Made by a program: the position numbers and the translations under genes. The notes under the pieces were generated by a model. That model saw nothing but the letters and a program-made list of their open reading frames with translations. It searched no databases and was not told the origin of the DNA. This document shows positions 12,330 through 23,297 of a DNA stretch of 64,000 nucleotides, piece after piece. Each line of letters starts with the position of its first letter. The stretch's first letter is position 1. Origin of the DNA: an uncultured Actinomycetota bacterium (GTDB taxonomy: Bacteria > Actinomycetota > Actinomycetes > JAHEKZ01); assembly GCA_963743915.1 (NCBI GenBank), contig CAVURN010000001.1, positions 672,001-736,000 on the forward strand. Reading direction: 5' to 3'.

Positions 12330-13115
12330 GTGCTCATCGCGCGATTCACGATCGCTGACCAGATCGCCTACGGTCGGGTCGACGGCGACCCGGACGATGC
12401 TGCGTCGCTCCGCGTGACGGCCATCGACGGTCACCCGTTCGCCCCGTTCGAGCCGACGAGTGCGGTGTTCCCGCTGTCCGACGTGCGGCTGCTGCCGCCG
12501 GTCCTGCCCAGCAAGGTGGTCGGCATCGGCAAGAACTACGCCGACCACGCGCGTGAGATGGGCGGGGAGCCACCGGCGACGCCGGTGATGTTCCTCAAGC
12601 CCTCCACCAGCGTCGTGGGTCCGGGCGAGACCGTGGTGCTCCCGCCGCAGTCGTCGCAGGTCGAGTTCGAGGGTGAGATCGCGGTCGTGATCGGACGCCT
12701 GTGCCGCGACGTCCCGACCGAGCGTGCCGCAGACGTGATCCTGGGCTACACGTGCGCGGACGACGTGACCGCCCGCGACCTGCAGCGCGCCGACGGCCAG
12801 TGGGCCCGGGCCAAGGGGTTCGACACGTTCTGCCCGCTCGGTCCGTGGATCGCGACCGATGTCGACACCGCAGCGCTGGCGGTACGCACGACCGTGAACG
12901 GTGAGGTCCGCCAGGCGGGCCTGGTCGGCGACCTGGTCCATCCGGTCGCGGAGCTGGTGGCCTTCGTCTCCTCCGCGATGACCCTGCTTCCCGGTGACGT
13001 GATCCTGACCGGCACCCCCGCCGGTGTCGGCCCGCTTGCCGACGGCGACGAGGTGACCGTGACCGTGACCGGGGTCGGCGACCTCGTCCACCGGGTCACC
13101 AGTTCGATCGACTAG
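12330..13115 (+). CDS. Fumarylacetoacetate hydrolase family protein
   Basis: IGKNYADH, FLKPST, EGEIA, RAKGFDTFCPLGP, ILTGTPAG. Confidence 0.92.
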   Translation: MLIARFTIADQIAYGRVDGDPDDAASLRVTAIDGHPFAPFEPTSAVFPLSDVRLLPPVLPSKVVGIGKNYADHAREMGGEPPATPVMFLKPSTSVVGPGETVVLPPQSSQVEFEGEIAVVIGRLCRDVPTERAADVILGYTCADDVTARDLQRADGQWARAKGFDTFCPLGPWIATDVDTAALAVRTTVNGEVRQAGLVGDLVHPVAELVAFVSSAMTLLPGDVILTGTPAGVGPLADGDEVTVTVTGVGDLVHRVTSSID

Positions 13116-13137
13116 CGCTGCCCACTAGCCTGCGGAC

Positions 13138-14619
13138 ATGACCGCCTCCTCGCCCGTCCGCGTCCGTTTCTGTCCCTCACCCACGGGCAACCCGCACGTG
13201 GGCATGGCGCGCACCGCACTCTTCAACTGGGCGTTCGCCCGCCATCACGGCGGCACGTTCGTGTTCCGCATCGAGGACACCGACTCTCAACGTGACACCG
13301 AGGAGTCGTACACGCAGCTCCTGGCATCTCTCCGTTGGCTCGGCCTCGACTGGGACGAGGGACCAGGGGTGGGCGGCCCGGTCGGCCCCTACCGGCAGTC
13401 CGAGCGCCTCGATCGCTACCGGGAGGTGGCCGAGCAGCTGCTCGCTGCAGGTGCCGTATACCACTGCTACTGCACGCCCGAGGAGCTCGAGCAGCGCCGG
13501 GAGCAGGCTCGCGCGGAAGGTCGTCCGCCCGGCTACGACGGGCACTGTCGCGAGCTGACCACCGACCAGGTCGCCCGGTTCGGCGACGAGGGCCGCCCGT
13601 CGGTCATCCGCTTCCGGATGCCTGAGACGGCGTTCACCTGGAACGACCTGGTGCGCGGTGAGGTGACGTTCCCCGCCGGCGAGATCGGCGACTACGTCAT
13701 GGTGCGCGCCAACGGCGAGCCGCTGTACACGCTGGTCAACCCGGTGGACGACGCGCTCATGCAGATCACCCACGTCCTCCGCGGCGAGGACCTGCTGTCG
13801 TCGACCCCTCGCCAGCTGGCGCTGTGGGCGGTCATGCGCGACCTCGGCATCGCCCAGGGACCGGCGCCCGAGTACGGGCACCTGCCGTACGTGATGGGAG
13901 AGGGCAACAAGAAGCTCTCCAAGCGCGACCCCGAGTCGAGCCTGCTGAAGTACGTCACCGAGGGGTACCTGCCGGAGGGAATGACCAACTACCTGGCGCT
14001 GCTCGGATGGTCCCTCGCGGAGGATCGTGACCGCTTCTCGCTGCAGGAGATGGCCGACGCCTTCGAGATCGAGCGGGTCAACGCGAACCCTGCACGCTTC
14101 GACCTGAAGAAGTGCACGGCTCTCAACGCCGACTGGATCCGCACCCTGGGTGCCGACGAGTTCGCGAGCCGGCTCATCGGCTACCTCAAGACCGAGCGGA
14201 CCGACGCCTTGGCTGACATCGACGAGCCGACGGTGCGCGGCTCCGCGCCGCTGGTGCAGGAGCGGTGCGAGACGCTCGGTCAGGCTGCGGACATGCTGAT
14301 GTTCCTGCTGGTGTCCGAGGACGCGTTCACCGTTGACCGTGACGATGCCGACAAGGTGCTCACCGACGAGGCGCGTCCGGTGCTGGGCGCCGCGGTGGAG
14401 TCCCTGCGGAACGTGTCGGAGTGGAACACCGTCAGCATCGAGAGTGCCCTGCGCGAGGGACTGGTGGACGGATTGGGGCTCAAGCCTCGGCTGGCGTTCG
14501 CGCCGGTGCGGGTCGCGGTGAGCGGGCGCCGGGTGTCGCCGCCGCTCTTCGAGTCACTGGAGATCCTGGGGCGGGACCGCACCCTGGCGCGACTGGAGGC
14601 GGCTCGGGCGCGCGGGTGA
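13138..14619 (+). CDS. gltX: Glutamate--tRNA ligase
   Basis: [12 protein letters not shown] (HIGH), FRIEDTD, KKLSKR (KMSKS). Confidence 0.97.
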   Translation: MTASSPVRVRFCPSPTGNPHVGMARTALFNWAFARHHGGTFVFRIEDTDSQRDTEESYTQLLASLRWLGLDWDEGPGVGGPVGPYRQSERLDRYREVAEQLLAAGAVYHCYCTPEELEQRREQARAEGRPPGYDGHCRELTTDQVARFGDEGRPSVIRFRMPETAFTWNDLVRGEVTFPAGEIGDYVMVRANGEPLYTLVNPVDDALMQITHVLRGEDLLSSTPRQLALWAVMRDLGIAQGPAPEYGHLPYVMGEGNKKLSKRDPESSLLKYVTEGYLPEGMTNYLALLGWSLAEDRDRFSLQEMADAFEIERVNANPARFDLKKCTALNADWIRTLGADEFASRLIGYLKTERTDALADIDEPTVRGSAPLVQERCETLGQAADMLMFLLVSEDAFTVDRDDADKVLTDEARPVLGAAVESLRNVSEWNTVSIESALREGLVDGLGLKPRLAFAPVRVAVSGRRVSPPLFESLEILGRDRTLARLEAARARG

Positions 14620-14698
14620 CCACGCCACGCGACCGGGGATTTGGGGGCCCCTCACCGGTTGGGTATCCTCGACCACTGCCGGAACTTCCCGGCACCCA

Positions 14699-14770
14699 TG
14701 GGGTATGGGGTAATTGGCAGCCCGACGGATTCTGGCTCCGTTAGTCTAGGTTCGAGTCCTGGTACCCCAG
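14699..14770 (+). tRNA. tRNA-Gln (CTG)
   Basis: TGGGGTA/TACCCCA acceptor, anticodon arm ACGGA-TTCTGGC-TCCGT, GGTTCGAGTCC T-loop; CCA not encoded. Confidence 0.96.
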
Positions 14771-14849
14771 CGCTGTGGAACAGTCTCCGCCCGGGTACTG
14801 TTTCCCGGCAATCAGCGTGCTTCCCTCGCGGGCGCGGCGCTGAGAGCGC

Positions 14850-14922
14850 GGCCCCGTTGTGTAGCGGCCTAGCACGCCGCCCTCTCAAGGCGGTAGCGCG
14901 GGTTCGAATCCCGTCGGGGCTA
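14850..14922 (+). tRNA. tRNA-Glu (CTC)
   Basis: GGCCCCG/CGGGGCT acceptor, CCGCC-CTCTCAA-GGCGG anticodon arm, GGTTCGAATCC. Confidence 0.96.
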
Positions 14923-14929
14923 CGACTCG

Positions 14930-14962
14930 GCAAGGCCCAGGCCGTCATGGCCTGGGCCTTGC
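14930..14962. terminator. 14-bp hairpin downstream of tRNA-Glu
   Basis: GCAAGGCCCAGGCC-GTCAT-GGCCTGGGCCTTGC. Confidence 0.75.
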
Positions 14963-14978
14963 TCGTTCAGCGGGCCCG

Positions 14979-15251
14979 TCAGCCCCGACGAGCCGCCAGC
15001 AACGTCACGCGCACCTCGGTCCGGTACTTCTTCGCCAGTCCCTCAGAGGACTCGCCGAGTCGATGGCCGTCGAGGACCGGTTCTCGCCCGAGGGCAGGAC
15101 GCGGCCGTCGTGGCTGGCGATGTCGAGCACCCGGGCGCCGCGGAGGACCTCACGGTTCTCGTGGACGATCGCGGTGCCGCAGATTCAGCCGCCGGACGAA
15201 GGCGGACGTGGCGCTGCTCTCGAGGAACTCGGGATGCTCGTCGAAGAACAT
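14979..15251 (-). pseudogene. Internally deleted class I SAM-dependent methyltransferase remnant
   Basis: MFFDEHPEFLESSATSAFVRRLNLRH / AIVHENREVLRGARVLDIASHDGR (motif I-like) / VLDGHRLGESSEGLAKKYRTEVRVTLLAARRG*, only 273 bp with frame changes. Confidence 0.6.
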
Positions 15252-15310
15252 GTCGCCCACGGTTACACACGGCGTCGGGTGCTCTCGCGTGGCGGCAGCT
15301 CGCCTCGCGC

Positions 15311-16027
15311 TCAGCCGTTGGTGCGGAGCAGCTCGGTCAGCGCGTTGGCAGCGTGGACCACGGCAGGGGCGTGCATGCGTCCGGGCTGTCGGGTCAGGCG
15401 CTCCAGCGGGCCGGAGACAGAGACGGCCGCGATCACCTTGCCGCCCGGTCCTCGAACGGGCGCCGAGACGCTGGCAACCCCTGCCTCGCGCTCACCGACG
15501 CTCTGGGCCCACCCCCGACGCCGGACCGCGGCCAGCATCGTCGCGGTGAAGCGGGCCCCCTTGAGTCCGCGGTGCAGCCGGTCCGGCTCCTCCCACGCCA
15601 GCAGCACCTGGGCGGCGGATCCGGCCGCCATCGACAGCACGGTGCCCACCGGGACGGTGTCGCGAAGCCCGGAGAGCCGTTCGGCCGCGGCCACGCACAT
15701 CCGTTGCTCACCCTGACGCCGGTAGAGCTGCGTGCTCTCGCCGGTGCTGTCGCGCAGGTTGTTCAGGATGCCTCCTGCGGCGGCGAGCAGCCGGTCCTCG
15801 CCTGCCGCTGCGGCGAGCTCGCCGAGTCTGGCGCCGAGCACGAACCGTCCCTGCAGGTCCCGCGCCACCAACCGGTGGTGCTCGAGGGCGACCGCGAGGC
15901 GGTAGGCGGTGGGGCGGGCCAGCCCGGTCGCGGCCACCAGGCCGGCCAGGTTCTGGGGCCCGGCTTCCAGGGCGCCGAGCACGAGGGCGGCCTTGTCCAG
16001 GACGCCGACTCCGCTAGAGTTGTCCAT
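15311..16027 (-). CDS. ndgR: IclR-family regulator (NdgR/LtbR type), divergent from leuCD
   Basis: MDNSSGVGVLDKA start, HTH GLARPTAYRL, EREAGVASVSAPV; syntenic with leuC. Confidence 0.9.
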   Translation of the reverse strand: MDNSSGVGVLDKAALVLGALEAGPQNLAGLVAATGLARPTAYRLAVALEHHRLVARDLQGRFVLGARLGELAAAAGEDRLLAAAGGILNNLRDSTGESTQLYRRQGEQRMCVAAAERLSGLRDTVPVGTVLSMAAGSAAQVLLAWEEPDRLHRGLKGARFTATMLAAVRRRGWAQSVGEREAGVASVSAPVRGPGGKVIAAVSVSGPLERLTRQPGRMHAPAVVHAANALTELLRTNG

Positions 16028-16041
16028 ACCCCGATACTGCC

Positions 16042-16058
16042 GTTTCGCCATCTGAGAC
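16042..16058. promoter_or_regulatory. Candidate NdgR operator between ndgR and leuC
   Basis: GTTTCG-N5-TGAGAC imperfect palindrome. Confidence 0.65.
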
Positions 16059-16124
16059 GCAAGGTCCCGACCGCAACTCTCACGAGGCTTTGGACGAACA
16101 CCTCTCGACCCTGGAGGAGAACCG

Positions 16125-17573
16125 ATGGCAGCCACCCGCGACGAACCCGTGACTCGGGTGCGCACGCTGGCCGAGAAGGTGTGGGACGCGCACGTCGTCC
16201 GCCGTGCCGAGGGTGAGCCCGACCTCCTCTTCATCGACCTGCACCTCGTCCACGAGGTCACGAGTCCCCAGGCGTTCGACGGACTGCGCGCCGCCGGACG
16301 CCCGGTGCACCGACCCGACCTGACCCTCGCGACCGAGGACCACAACGTGCCGACCCTGGACATCGATCGTCCGATCGCCGATCCGGTCTCTCGCGCGCAG
16401 GTCGAGGCGTTGCGCAAGAACTGCGCCGAGTTCGGTGTCCCGCTCTACCCGCTGGGCTCGCAGGAGCAAGGCATCGTCCACGTGGTGGGGCCCCAGCTGG
16501 GCCTCACCCAGCCTGGCCTGACGATCGTCTGCGGGGACAGCCACACCTCGACCCACGGCGCCTTCGGTGCCCTGGCCTTCGGCATCGGCACGAGCGAGGT
16601 CGAGCACGTGCTGGCCACGCAGACGCTCCCGCTCACGCCGTTCAAGACCATGGCGATCACGGTGGACGGCGAGCTGCCGTCGGACGTCACGGCCAAGGAC
16701 CTGATCCTCGCGATCATCGCCGAGATCGGCACAGGCGGCGGCCAGGGCTACGTCCTCGAGTACCGGGGGAGCGCCATCGAGAAGCTCTCGATGGAGGCTC
16801 GGATGACGATCTGCAACATGTCGATCGAGGCGGGAGCGCGCGCCGGGATGGTCGCTCCGGACGCCACGACCTTCGCCTATCTCGAGGGCCGGCCGCACGC
16901 CCCCTCGGGTGAGGACTGGGAGGCGGCCGTCCAGTGGTGGTCGAGCCTGGCCACGGACCCGGGGGCTTCGTTCGACCGTGAGGTCGTCATCGACGCCGGC
17001 AGCCTGCGCCCCTTCGTCACCTGGGGCACCAACCCGGGGCAGGGCGCACCGCTGTCCTCGTCGGTCCCCGACCCCGCGACCATCACCGACCCCGTGGCGC
17101 GTTCGGCCGCCGAGCGTGCGCTGGAGTACATGGACCTCGAGCCGGGGACCCCCCTCTCGGAGATCAGCGTGGACACGGTGTTCCTCGGCTCGTGCACGAA
17201 CGGCCGGATCGAGGACCTGCGCGCCGGTGCGGAGGTGCTCGCCGGTCGCCGGGTCGCCGAGGGGGTCCGCATGCTCGTGGTCCCCGGCTCGGTCCGGGTG
17301 CGCCTGCAGGCGGAGGCCGAGGGTCTCGACGAGGTGTTCCGGGCGGCGGGGGCTGAGTGGCGGCACGCCGGCTGCTCGATGTGCCTGGGCATGAACCCCG
17401 ACCAGCTGGCCCCGGGGGAGCGCAGCGCCTCGACCTCCAACCGCAACTTCGAGGGTCGTCAGGGCAAAGGCGGCCGGACGCATCTGGTGTCCCCCCAGGT
17501 CGCGGCTGCCACAGCGGTCACGGGGCATCTCTCGAGCCCTGCCGACCTGGTCGACGCCCGGCCCCTCGACTAG
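16125..17573 (+). CDS. leuC: 3-isopropylmalate dehydratase large subunit
   Basis: [43 protein letters not shown]. Confidence 0.97.
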   Translation: MAATRDEPVTRVRTLAEKVWDAHVVRRAEGEPDLLFIDLHLVHEVTSPQAFDGLRAAGRPVHRPDLTLATEDHNVPTLDIDRPIADPVSRAQVEALRKNCAEFGVPLYPLGSQEQGIVHVVGPQLGLTQPGLTIVCGDSHTSTHGAFGALAFGIGTSEVEHVLATQTLPLTPFKTMAITVDGELPSDVTAKDLILAIIAEIGTGGGQGYVLEYRGSAIEKLSMEARMTICNMSIEAGARAGMVAPDATTFAYLEGRPHAPSGEDWEAAVQWWSSLATDPGASFDREVVIDAGSLRPFVTWGTNPGQGAPLSSSVPDPATITDPVARSAAERALEYMDLEPGTPLSEISVDTVFLGSCTNGRIEDLRAGAEVLAGRRVAEGVRMLVVPGSVRVRLQAEAEGLDEVFRAAGAEWRHAGCSMCLGMNPDQLAPGERSASTSNRNFEGRQGKGGRTHLVSPQVAAATAVTGHLSSPADLVDARPLD

Positions 17574-17595
17574 CCCCCCAGAACGGAGCATCGTC

Positions 17596-18198
17596 ATGGA
17601 GAAGTTCGAGTCGCACACCGGACGCGTCCTGCCGTTGCGTCGGAGCAACGTCGACACCGACCAGATCATCCCGGCGGTCTACCTCAAGCGGATCACCCGT
17701 GACGGTTTCGAGGACGGGCTGTTCGCCGCCTGGCGCAAGGACCCGGAGTTCGTGCTCAACCAGCCTCAGTACTCCGGCGCGACGATCCTGGTGGCCGGTC
17801 CGGAGTTCGGGACGGGCTCCTCACGTGAGCATGCGGTGTGGGCGCTGCAGAACTACGGGTTCCGGGTGGTGATCTCGCCCCGCTTCGCCGACATCTTCCG
17901 CGGGAACAGCCTCAAGGGCGGACTGCTCACGGTGCAGCTCGACGAGTCGGTCGTCGAGCGCCTCTGGACGCTCGCCGAGTCCGACCCCGGTACCGAGGTC
18001 ACCGTCGATCTGCGGGCAAGGGAAGTGCGCTTCGCCGCTGAGGTCGTGCCGTTCGAGATTGACGAGTACGCACGCTGGCGCCTGCTGGAGGGCCTCGACG
18101 ACGTGGGGCTGACGTTGCGGCACACCGAGACGATCGCGAAGTACGAGGCAAGCCGCCCGAGCTGGATGCCCACCACCGCCTCCGGACGGTCGTCATGA
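17596..18198 (+). CDS. leuD: 3-isopropylmalate dehydratase small subunit
   Basis: [23 protein letters not shown]. Confidence 0.97.
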   Translation: MEKFESHTGRVLPLRRSNVDTDQIIPAVYLKRITRDGFEDGLFAAWRKDPEFVLNQPQYSGATILVAGPEFGTGSSREHAVWALQNYGFRVVISPRFADIFRGNSLKGGLLTVQLDESVVERLWTLAESDPGTEVTVDLRAREVRFAAEVVPFEIDEYARWRLLEGLDDVGLTLRHTETIAKYEASRPSWMPTTASGRSS

Positions 18199-18367
18199 GC
18201 CTCGCCTGAGGACCGTGACGGAGTCGACAGGGTCGTCACCGTGTGATGAATCTCCTTGCGACGCAAGGAATCTCTCGGCGTGTGAGGATTGTGTCTCGTC
18301 CTGACTTTGCCTAACGTGCGGGGGGTCGGCACTCCGTCCGGCACCACAGGCTTTCAAAGGGGAAGTA

Positions 18368-18784
18368 GTGAACAAGGCTCAGCTCATCGACGAACTCTCC
18401 GGTCACTTCGACGGCAACCGCCGTGCCGCGCAGAACGCCCTCGAGGCGGTGATCGGCACGATCACCCGTCAGGTCGCCAAGGGCGAGGCGGTGGCCATCA
18501 CCGGGTTCGGCAAGTTCGAGCGTCGGATCCGACCGGCCGGCACAGCCCGCAACCCGCAGACCGGCGCAGTCGTCAAGACCAAGAAGAAGTCGGTTCCCAA
18601 GTTCACCGCGGGTGCCGAGTTCAAGGCGATCGTGAACGGCGAGAAGAAGGCGGCTCCGGCCAAGAAGGCTCCGGCCAAGAAGACGACGGCCAAGAAGACG
18701 GCCAAGAAGGCTCCCGCGAAGAAGGCTCCGGCCAAGCGGACGACGGCCAAGAAGACCGCCAAGAAGACCGCGCGCAAGCGCTGA
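18368..18784 (+). CDS. hup: HU-family nucleoid protein with Lys/Ala-rich tail (HupB/HupS type)
   Basis: MNKAQLID, ITGFGKF, ARNPQTG; PAKK repeats. Confidence 0.93.
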   Translation: MNKAQLIDELSGHFDGNRRAAQNALEAVIGTITRQVAKGEAVAITGFGKFERRIRPAGTARNPQTGAVVKTKKKSVPKFTAGAEFKAIVNGEKKAAPAKKAPAKKTTAKKTAKKAPAKKAPAKRTTAKKTAKKTARKR

Positions 18785-18796
18785 CACGCGGCAGCG

Positions 18797-18828
18797 GGAC
18801 CCCGGGCTCACGCGAGAGCCCGGGGTCC
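18797..18828. terminator. Bidirectional hairpin between convergent genes
   Basis: 13-bp perfect stem GGACCCCGGGCTC / GAGCCCGGGGTCC. Confidence 0.75.
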
Positions 18829-18861
18829 TCGTGCGTGTGGGAGTCGTACGCGCGGTCAGGC

Positions 18862-19089
18862 TCACGACTCCGGCAGGGGGAAGGTCGTGAGCGTCAGAGT
18901 GGTGACGACCTCGCCGTCCACCACCATCCGCACCCGCTGACCAGGGCGCAGCGTCCGCAGGCGACCGGTCAGCCACGCGTCCGCGGTGAAGGGCAGGACG
19001 ACGCCGTCGTCACCGATCACCGAGCCGTTCCCCGTGTCCGTCTCGAACGTGTGCACCGTGGCCTGGCGCGTGCGTGCTGTCTCGGTCAT
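18862..19089 (-). CDS. Small cold-shock/OB-fold-like protein
   Basis: QATVHTF...GSVIGDDG...LRPGQRV; directly downstream of cofC. Confidence 0.7.
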   Translation of the reverse strand: MTETARTRQATVHTFETDTGNGSVIGDDGVVLPFTADAWLTGRLRTLRPGQRVRMVVDGEVVTTLTLTTFPLPES

Positions 19090-19100
19090 GGGAGGTCAGG

Positions 19101-19739
19101 CTAGTCGCCGCCGCCCGGACCACCGGGGAGGACGACAGTCCCGTCGGCGAGGAGTGCCAGGGTCCGTGGCCCCACGCCCAGGGCAGCTGCGTGACGGAGA
19201 TCCTCGAGATCGTCGACGTCGCAGCGCGCTCCAGCGGTGGCGTCGATCGAGCGTGCGCCACCCGCTTCGTGGGCCTTTGCCGAGTCAGGTCCGAAGACCG
19301 GACGGAGCTCGTCCCGTGAGCGGCCGGTCAGGACGGTCGTCCCCGTGCCGTGGCGGTCGACCACCATGGCACGCACGAAGCCCTCGGCGCCCTCGAGGAT
19401 CTCGCGGAGTGCTTGCGGCGTCAGGGCGGGCAGGTCACCCATGACGACCGCAACCGGACCGAACGGCAGCTGCGCCATCGCCCAGTCGATCAGCTCGTTG
19501 AGCCCAGAGGGCGACGGGCGGTGCTCAGGCTCGACGAGCACGTGGGCGGAGGTGCCGAGCCCGGCAGTCACCGAAGGCGACGAGAGCACCGTCACCTGGG
19601 AGACCGTCGGACAGGCGAGCACGGCGTCGACGGTGTCGGAGGCCATGGCGGAGGCCAGCTCGCGACGCACCTCACGGTCGAGCGCAAGCCGGCTCTTGGC
19701 ACGGACTCCTCCCTTGACCGGGACCAGCACCTGCCACAT
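19101..19739 (-). CDS. cofC: 2-phospho-L-lactate/PEP guanylyltransferase (F420 biosynthesis)
   Basis: VLVPVK..AKSRL, MGDLP, DRHGTGT, FGPDS, DVDDLEDL. Confidence 0.9.
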   Translation of the reverse strand: MWQVLVPVKGGVRAKSRLALDREVRRELASAMASDTVDAVLACPTVSQVTVLSSPSVTAGLGTSAHVLVEPEHRPSPSGLNELIDWAMAQLPFGPVAVVMGDLPALTPQALREILEGAEGFVRAMVVDRHGTGTTVLTGRSRDELRPVFGPDSAKAHEAGGARSIDATAGARCDVDDLEDLRHAAALGVGPRTLALLADGTVVLPGGPGGGD

Positions 19740-19884
19740 GCCCCGAGGCTGCCACACACGGCAGAAGCCTCAGGTCTGCCGGGCGTGCCGCTCTCCCCGC
19801 CGCCGGGCGCCGCGGGACACTGGACCGTCCCGGCCGCCGCAGCGGTCGGATGCGGCACGCGAGCGGCGAGACGAGGGACGAGCG

Positions 19885-20673
19885 CTGGAGCCCAAGGCCG
19901 GATCGACGGGAGCGGCGTACACGACCGCGCGGCTGATCCTGCGGCCACTGATGCGGGTGGTGTCACGGCACCAGTGGCAAGGGGCCGAGCACCTCCCCGC
20001 AGGGGGATTCATCGTCGTGGCCAACCACCTGTCGCACGCGGACCCGTTGCCGGTGGCGGACTTCCTCGACGCGAACGGACGTGTCCCACGGTTCCTGGGC
20101 AAGGCGGAGCTGTTCGACGTCCCGGTGCTCGGGCCGCTGCTGCGCTCCGCCGGTCAGATCCCGGTCCACCGCGAGACGCAGAAGGCAGGTGCCGCTCTGG
20201 CCTCGGCAGTGGAGGCGGTGAGGCGTGGGGAGTGCGTGGTCGTGTACCCGGAAGGCACGCTGACGCGGGACGACTCCCTGTGGCCGATGACCGGCAAGAC
20301 CGGCGCGGCCCGCATCTGGTGGGAGACCGGCTGCCCGGTCGTCCCCGTGGCCCAGTGGGGGTCGCACGAGCTGCTGGCTCCCTACGGTCGGGTTCCGCAC
20401 GTGTGGAAGCGGCCGGTGATCCAGGTGCGGGCAGGCCCCCCGGTGCCGCTCAGCCGGGACGAAGGGAGTGCGGGATCGCCCGACTTCCCGGCCCTCACGG
20501 CGCAGATCATGGCAGCGCTCACCGACGTGCTGGCCGAGATCCGCGGGGTCGCACCGCCCGACGAGCCGTTGGACCCGCGCACCTCCGGTCTCCCGCGGAC
20601 CGGTGACCCGCGCAAGAATCGTGGTGACCGCCGGGCGCCGCGTCCGGGGCACACCGGAGAGGCGGAGGTCTGA
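19885..20673 (+). CDS. Lysophospholipid acyltransferase (PlsC family); start uncertain
   Basis: NHLSHAD, FLGKAEL, YPEGT motifs; coupled to gpsA. Confidence 0.88.
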   Translation: MEPKAGSTGAAYTTARLILRPLMRVVSRHQWQGAEHLPAGGFIVVANHLSHADPLPVADFLDANGRVPRFLGKAELFDVPVLGPLLRSAGQIPVHRETQKAGAALASAVEAVRRGECVVVYPEGTLTRDDSLWPMTGKTGAARIWWETGCPVVPVAQWGSHELLAPYGRVPHVWKRPVIQVRAGPPVPLSRDEGSAGSPDFPALTAQIMAALTDVLAEIRGVAPPDEPLDPRTSGLPRTGDPRKNRGDRRAPRPGHTGEAEV

Positions 20674-21674
20674 TGCAGGTCGCCGTGATGGGCCTGGGGT
20701 CGTGGGGCACCGCCTTCGCCCTGGTCCTCGCCGACGCCGGGCACCCCGTGCACATCTGGGGTCGCAACGCGAGGACGGTCGCCGAGGTCACCGCCACCCG
20801 GCGCAACGAGGCGTTTCACCCAGGTCTGGTGCTGCCGCCGGAGGTGGTCGCCGTGAGCGACCCTGGTGAGGCGTTGAGGGGCGCCGAGCTGGTGGTGCTT
20901 GCGGTTCCTGCGCAGTCCCTGCGCGAGAACCTCAAGGACTGGGGCCACCTGGTGCCCGACGGTGTCGTCGTGCTCAGCCTGCTGAAGGGACTCGAGCTCG
21001 GGTCGCACGCCCGGATGAGCGAGGTCGTGGCCGCCGAGCTCGGGTGGCCGGATCGGCAGATCGCCGTGCTCAGCGGGCCGAACCTGGCGCGCGAGGTCGT
21101 GCAGCGTCAACCCACCGCGAGCGTCGTCGCCTGCACGGAGGAGTCCGTCGCAGCGCAGGTGCAGGGCTGGATCCGCACCGCGAGCTTCCGCCCCTACACC
21201 AACACCGATGTCGTCGGCGTCGAGCTCGGTGGCGTCGTCAAGAACGTGATCGCCCTGGCGACCGGCATGGCCGAGGGGATGGGCTTCGGTGACAACAGCA
21301 AGGCCGCGATCATGACGCGCGGCCTCGCCGAGATGACCCGGCTCGGCGTGGCGATCGGTGCCAACCCGCTCACCTTCATGGGGTTGGCCGGTGTCGGCGA
21401 CCTCATCGCGACCTGCTCGTCCCCGTTGTCCCGCAACCGGACGTTCGGCGACAACCTCGGGCACGGCATGACGATGGCGGAGGTCTCCGCGATCACCGCT
21501 CAGACCGCCGAGGGGGTCACCTCCTGCGCGCCCGTGCTCGAGATGGCGCGCGAGAACGGCGTCGACATGCCCATCACGGAGCACGTGTTCGGTGTGGTCA
21601 CGCAGGGGTGGGCACCGCGGGACATGGTCGCCTCACTGATGAGCCGCGTGGCCAAGCCGGAGTGGACCTCCTGA
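20673..21674 (+). CDS. gpsA: NAD(P)H-dependent glycerol-3-phosphate dehydrogenase
   Basis: GLGSWGTA, LSGPNLA, KNVIA, GVGDLIATC, SRNR. Confidence 0.96.
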   Translation: MQVAVMGLGSWGTAFALVLADAGHPVHIWGRNARTVAEVTATRRNEAFHPGLVLPPEVVAVSDPGEALRGAELVVLAVPAQSLRENLKDWGHLVPDGVVVLSLLKGLELGSHARMSEVVAAELGWPDRQIAVLSGPNLAREVVQRQPTASVVACTEESVAAQVQGWIRTASFRPYTNTDVVGVELGGVVKNVIALATGMAEGMGFGDNSKAAIMTRGLAEMTRLGVAIGANPLTFMGLAGVGDLIATCSSPLSRNRTFGDNLGHGMTMAEVSAITAQTAEGVTSCAPVLEMARENGVDMPITEHVFGVVTQGWAPRDMVASLMSRVAKPEWTS

Positions 21675-21712
21675 CCCGCAGCCGCACCCAGGGAGCGCCG
21701 TAGGGTGACGTC

Positions 21713-22828
21713 GTGACCGATGACGCGCCCCGCCGCACCCGAGTCGCCGTCGTCTTCGGTGGACGCAGCACCGAGCACCAGATCTCGTGCGTGTCCGCCG
21801 GCAGCGTGCTCCGGGCGCTCGACCCGGAGGAGTTCGAGGTCGTACCCGTCGGCATCACGCCGGAAGGTCGCTGGGTGCTCACGGACGCCGACCCGGCGCG
21901 TCTCGCGATCACCGACGGGCGCCTGCCGTCGGTGGACGAGGAAGGCGCTCCTCTGGTGTGGACGGCCGACCCCTCCCGTGAGCTGAGCATCCACGAGCCG
22001 GGTCATGTGCCGGAGGTGCTCGGAGAGGTCGACGTCGTCTTCCCCCTGTTGCACGGACCGTACGGCGAGGACGGCACGGTTCAGGGCCTGCTCGAGCTCG
22101 CTGGCGTCCCGTACGTCGGGTCGGGCGTCCTGGCGAGCGCGGCAGCGATGGACAAGGCGGTGACCAAGACGCTGGTCGCGGCCGCGGGGATCCAGCAGTC
22201 GCCGTACGTCGTGATCACCGACCGCGACTGGACCTTCGACCGTGAGGAGTCCCTGGACCGGGCGCGATCACTCACCCTGCCGCTCTTCGTCAAACCGGCC
22301 CGGGCGGGGTCGAGCGTCGGCATCACCCGGGTCACGTCGTGGGATGCGCTCGCGGACGCGGTCGAGGCCGCGCGCGTGAACGACCCCAAGGTGGTGGTGG
22401 AGCAGGGGGTGACGGGGCGCGAGATCGAGTGCGGGGTGCTGAGCCGGCTGGATGGACGCGGACCGGAGGCCAGTGTCTGTGCGGAGATCCGGGTCCGCGG
22501 CGACCACGACTTCTACGACTTCGAGGCGAAGTACCTCGACGACGTCACCGAGCTCGACGTGCCGGCCGACCTGCCGTCCTCGGTGAGTGACCGGGTTCGG
22601 TCGGCGGCGTGTGCGGCGTTCGACGCCGTCGGCTGCGAGGACTATGCCCGCGTCGACTTCTTCGTCACCGACGACGGACAGGTGGTCCTGAACGAGATCA
22701 ACACGATCCCGGGGTTCACCCACATCTCGCTCTTCCCGCGGATGTGGCAGGCGAGCGGGCTGGAGTATCCCGATCTGGTGGCGCGGCTGGTGCGGACGGC
22801 GCTGGCGAAGCGTCGCGGCCTCCGCTGA
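21713..22828 (+). CDS. ddl: D-alanine--D-alanine ligase
   Basis: [44 protein letters not shown]. Confidence 0.96.
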   Translation: MTDDAPRRTRVAVVFGGRSTEHQISCVSAGSVLRALDPEEFEVVPVGITPEGRWVLTDADPARLAITDGRLPSVDEEGAPLVWTADPSRELSIHEPGHVPEVLGEVDVVFPLLHGPYGEDGTVQGLLELAGVPYVGSGVLASAAAMDKAVTKTLVAAAGIQQSPYVVITDRDWTFDREESLDRARSLTLPLFVKPARAGSSVGITRVTSWDALADAVEAARVNDPKVVVEQGVTGREIECGVLSRLDGRGPEASVCAEIRVRGDHDFYDFEAKYLDDVTELDVPADLPSSVSDRVRSAACAAFDAVGCEDYARVDFFVTDDGQVVLNEINTIPGFTHISLFPRMWQASGLEYPDLVARLVRTALAKRRGLR

Positions 22829-22832
22829 GCCT

Positions 22833-23294
22833 TCAGTCGAGTCTCCGGGGCACCGCCGCCTGCACGGCGTCGGCGAGGTCGGTGAGCGCTCCCGCCTCGG
22901 GCGCGTGGTCATCAGGAACGCTGACCTCGACGAAGACGACGCGGCCGTAGGTGGTGAACAGGTACCCGGCTGTCAGCTGCTCAGGGAACCAGTCGACCCC
23001 GTCGACGGTCACCAGCTCGGACGTCGGCTCCAGCGCCTCGGGCTCCGGCACCCCGCACCTCAGCACGATCGCCGGGTCGCCCCACGCGGCCGTGAGGTCG
23101 GAGTCGGGCGCGGTGTCCCGCGCCTCCTGGCCGTCCACGACCTCCGGCAGCTGGTCGGCGAGCGCGCCACAGACGTCACGCGCGGAAGGTGCGGGTTCGG
23201 GCGGGGAGACGTCGACCGGGGCCGAGCACGACGAGACCGTCAGGACCAGGCCCGCGAGCAGGCCGGTGGTGACCACACGTCGGGCGAGGCGCAC
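22833..23294 (-). CDS. DUF3515-type lipoprotein
   Basis: Signal peptide with lipobox VSSC; AAWGDPAIVLRCGV; usual position after ddl. Confidence 0.8.
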   Translation of the reverse strand: MRLARRVVTTGLLAGLVLTVSSCSAPVDVSPPEPAPSARDVCGALADQLPEVVDGQEARDTAPDSDLTAAWGDPAIVLRCGVPEPEALEPTSELVTVDGVDWFPEQLTAGYLFTTYGRVVFVEVSVPDDHAPEAGALTDLADAVQAAVPRRLD

Positions 23295-23297
23295 CCC

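Noticed and set aside
14699-15310. Integrated element at the tRNA genes
   Set aside because: No integrase and no duplicated tRNA 3' end found; only a short pseudogene remnant
14641-15549. 302-aa ORF spanning the tRNA genes
   Set aside because: Overlaps two clear tRNAs and is antisense to ndgR; no protein-like features
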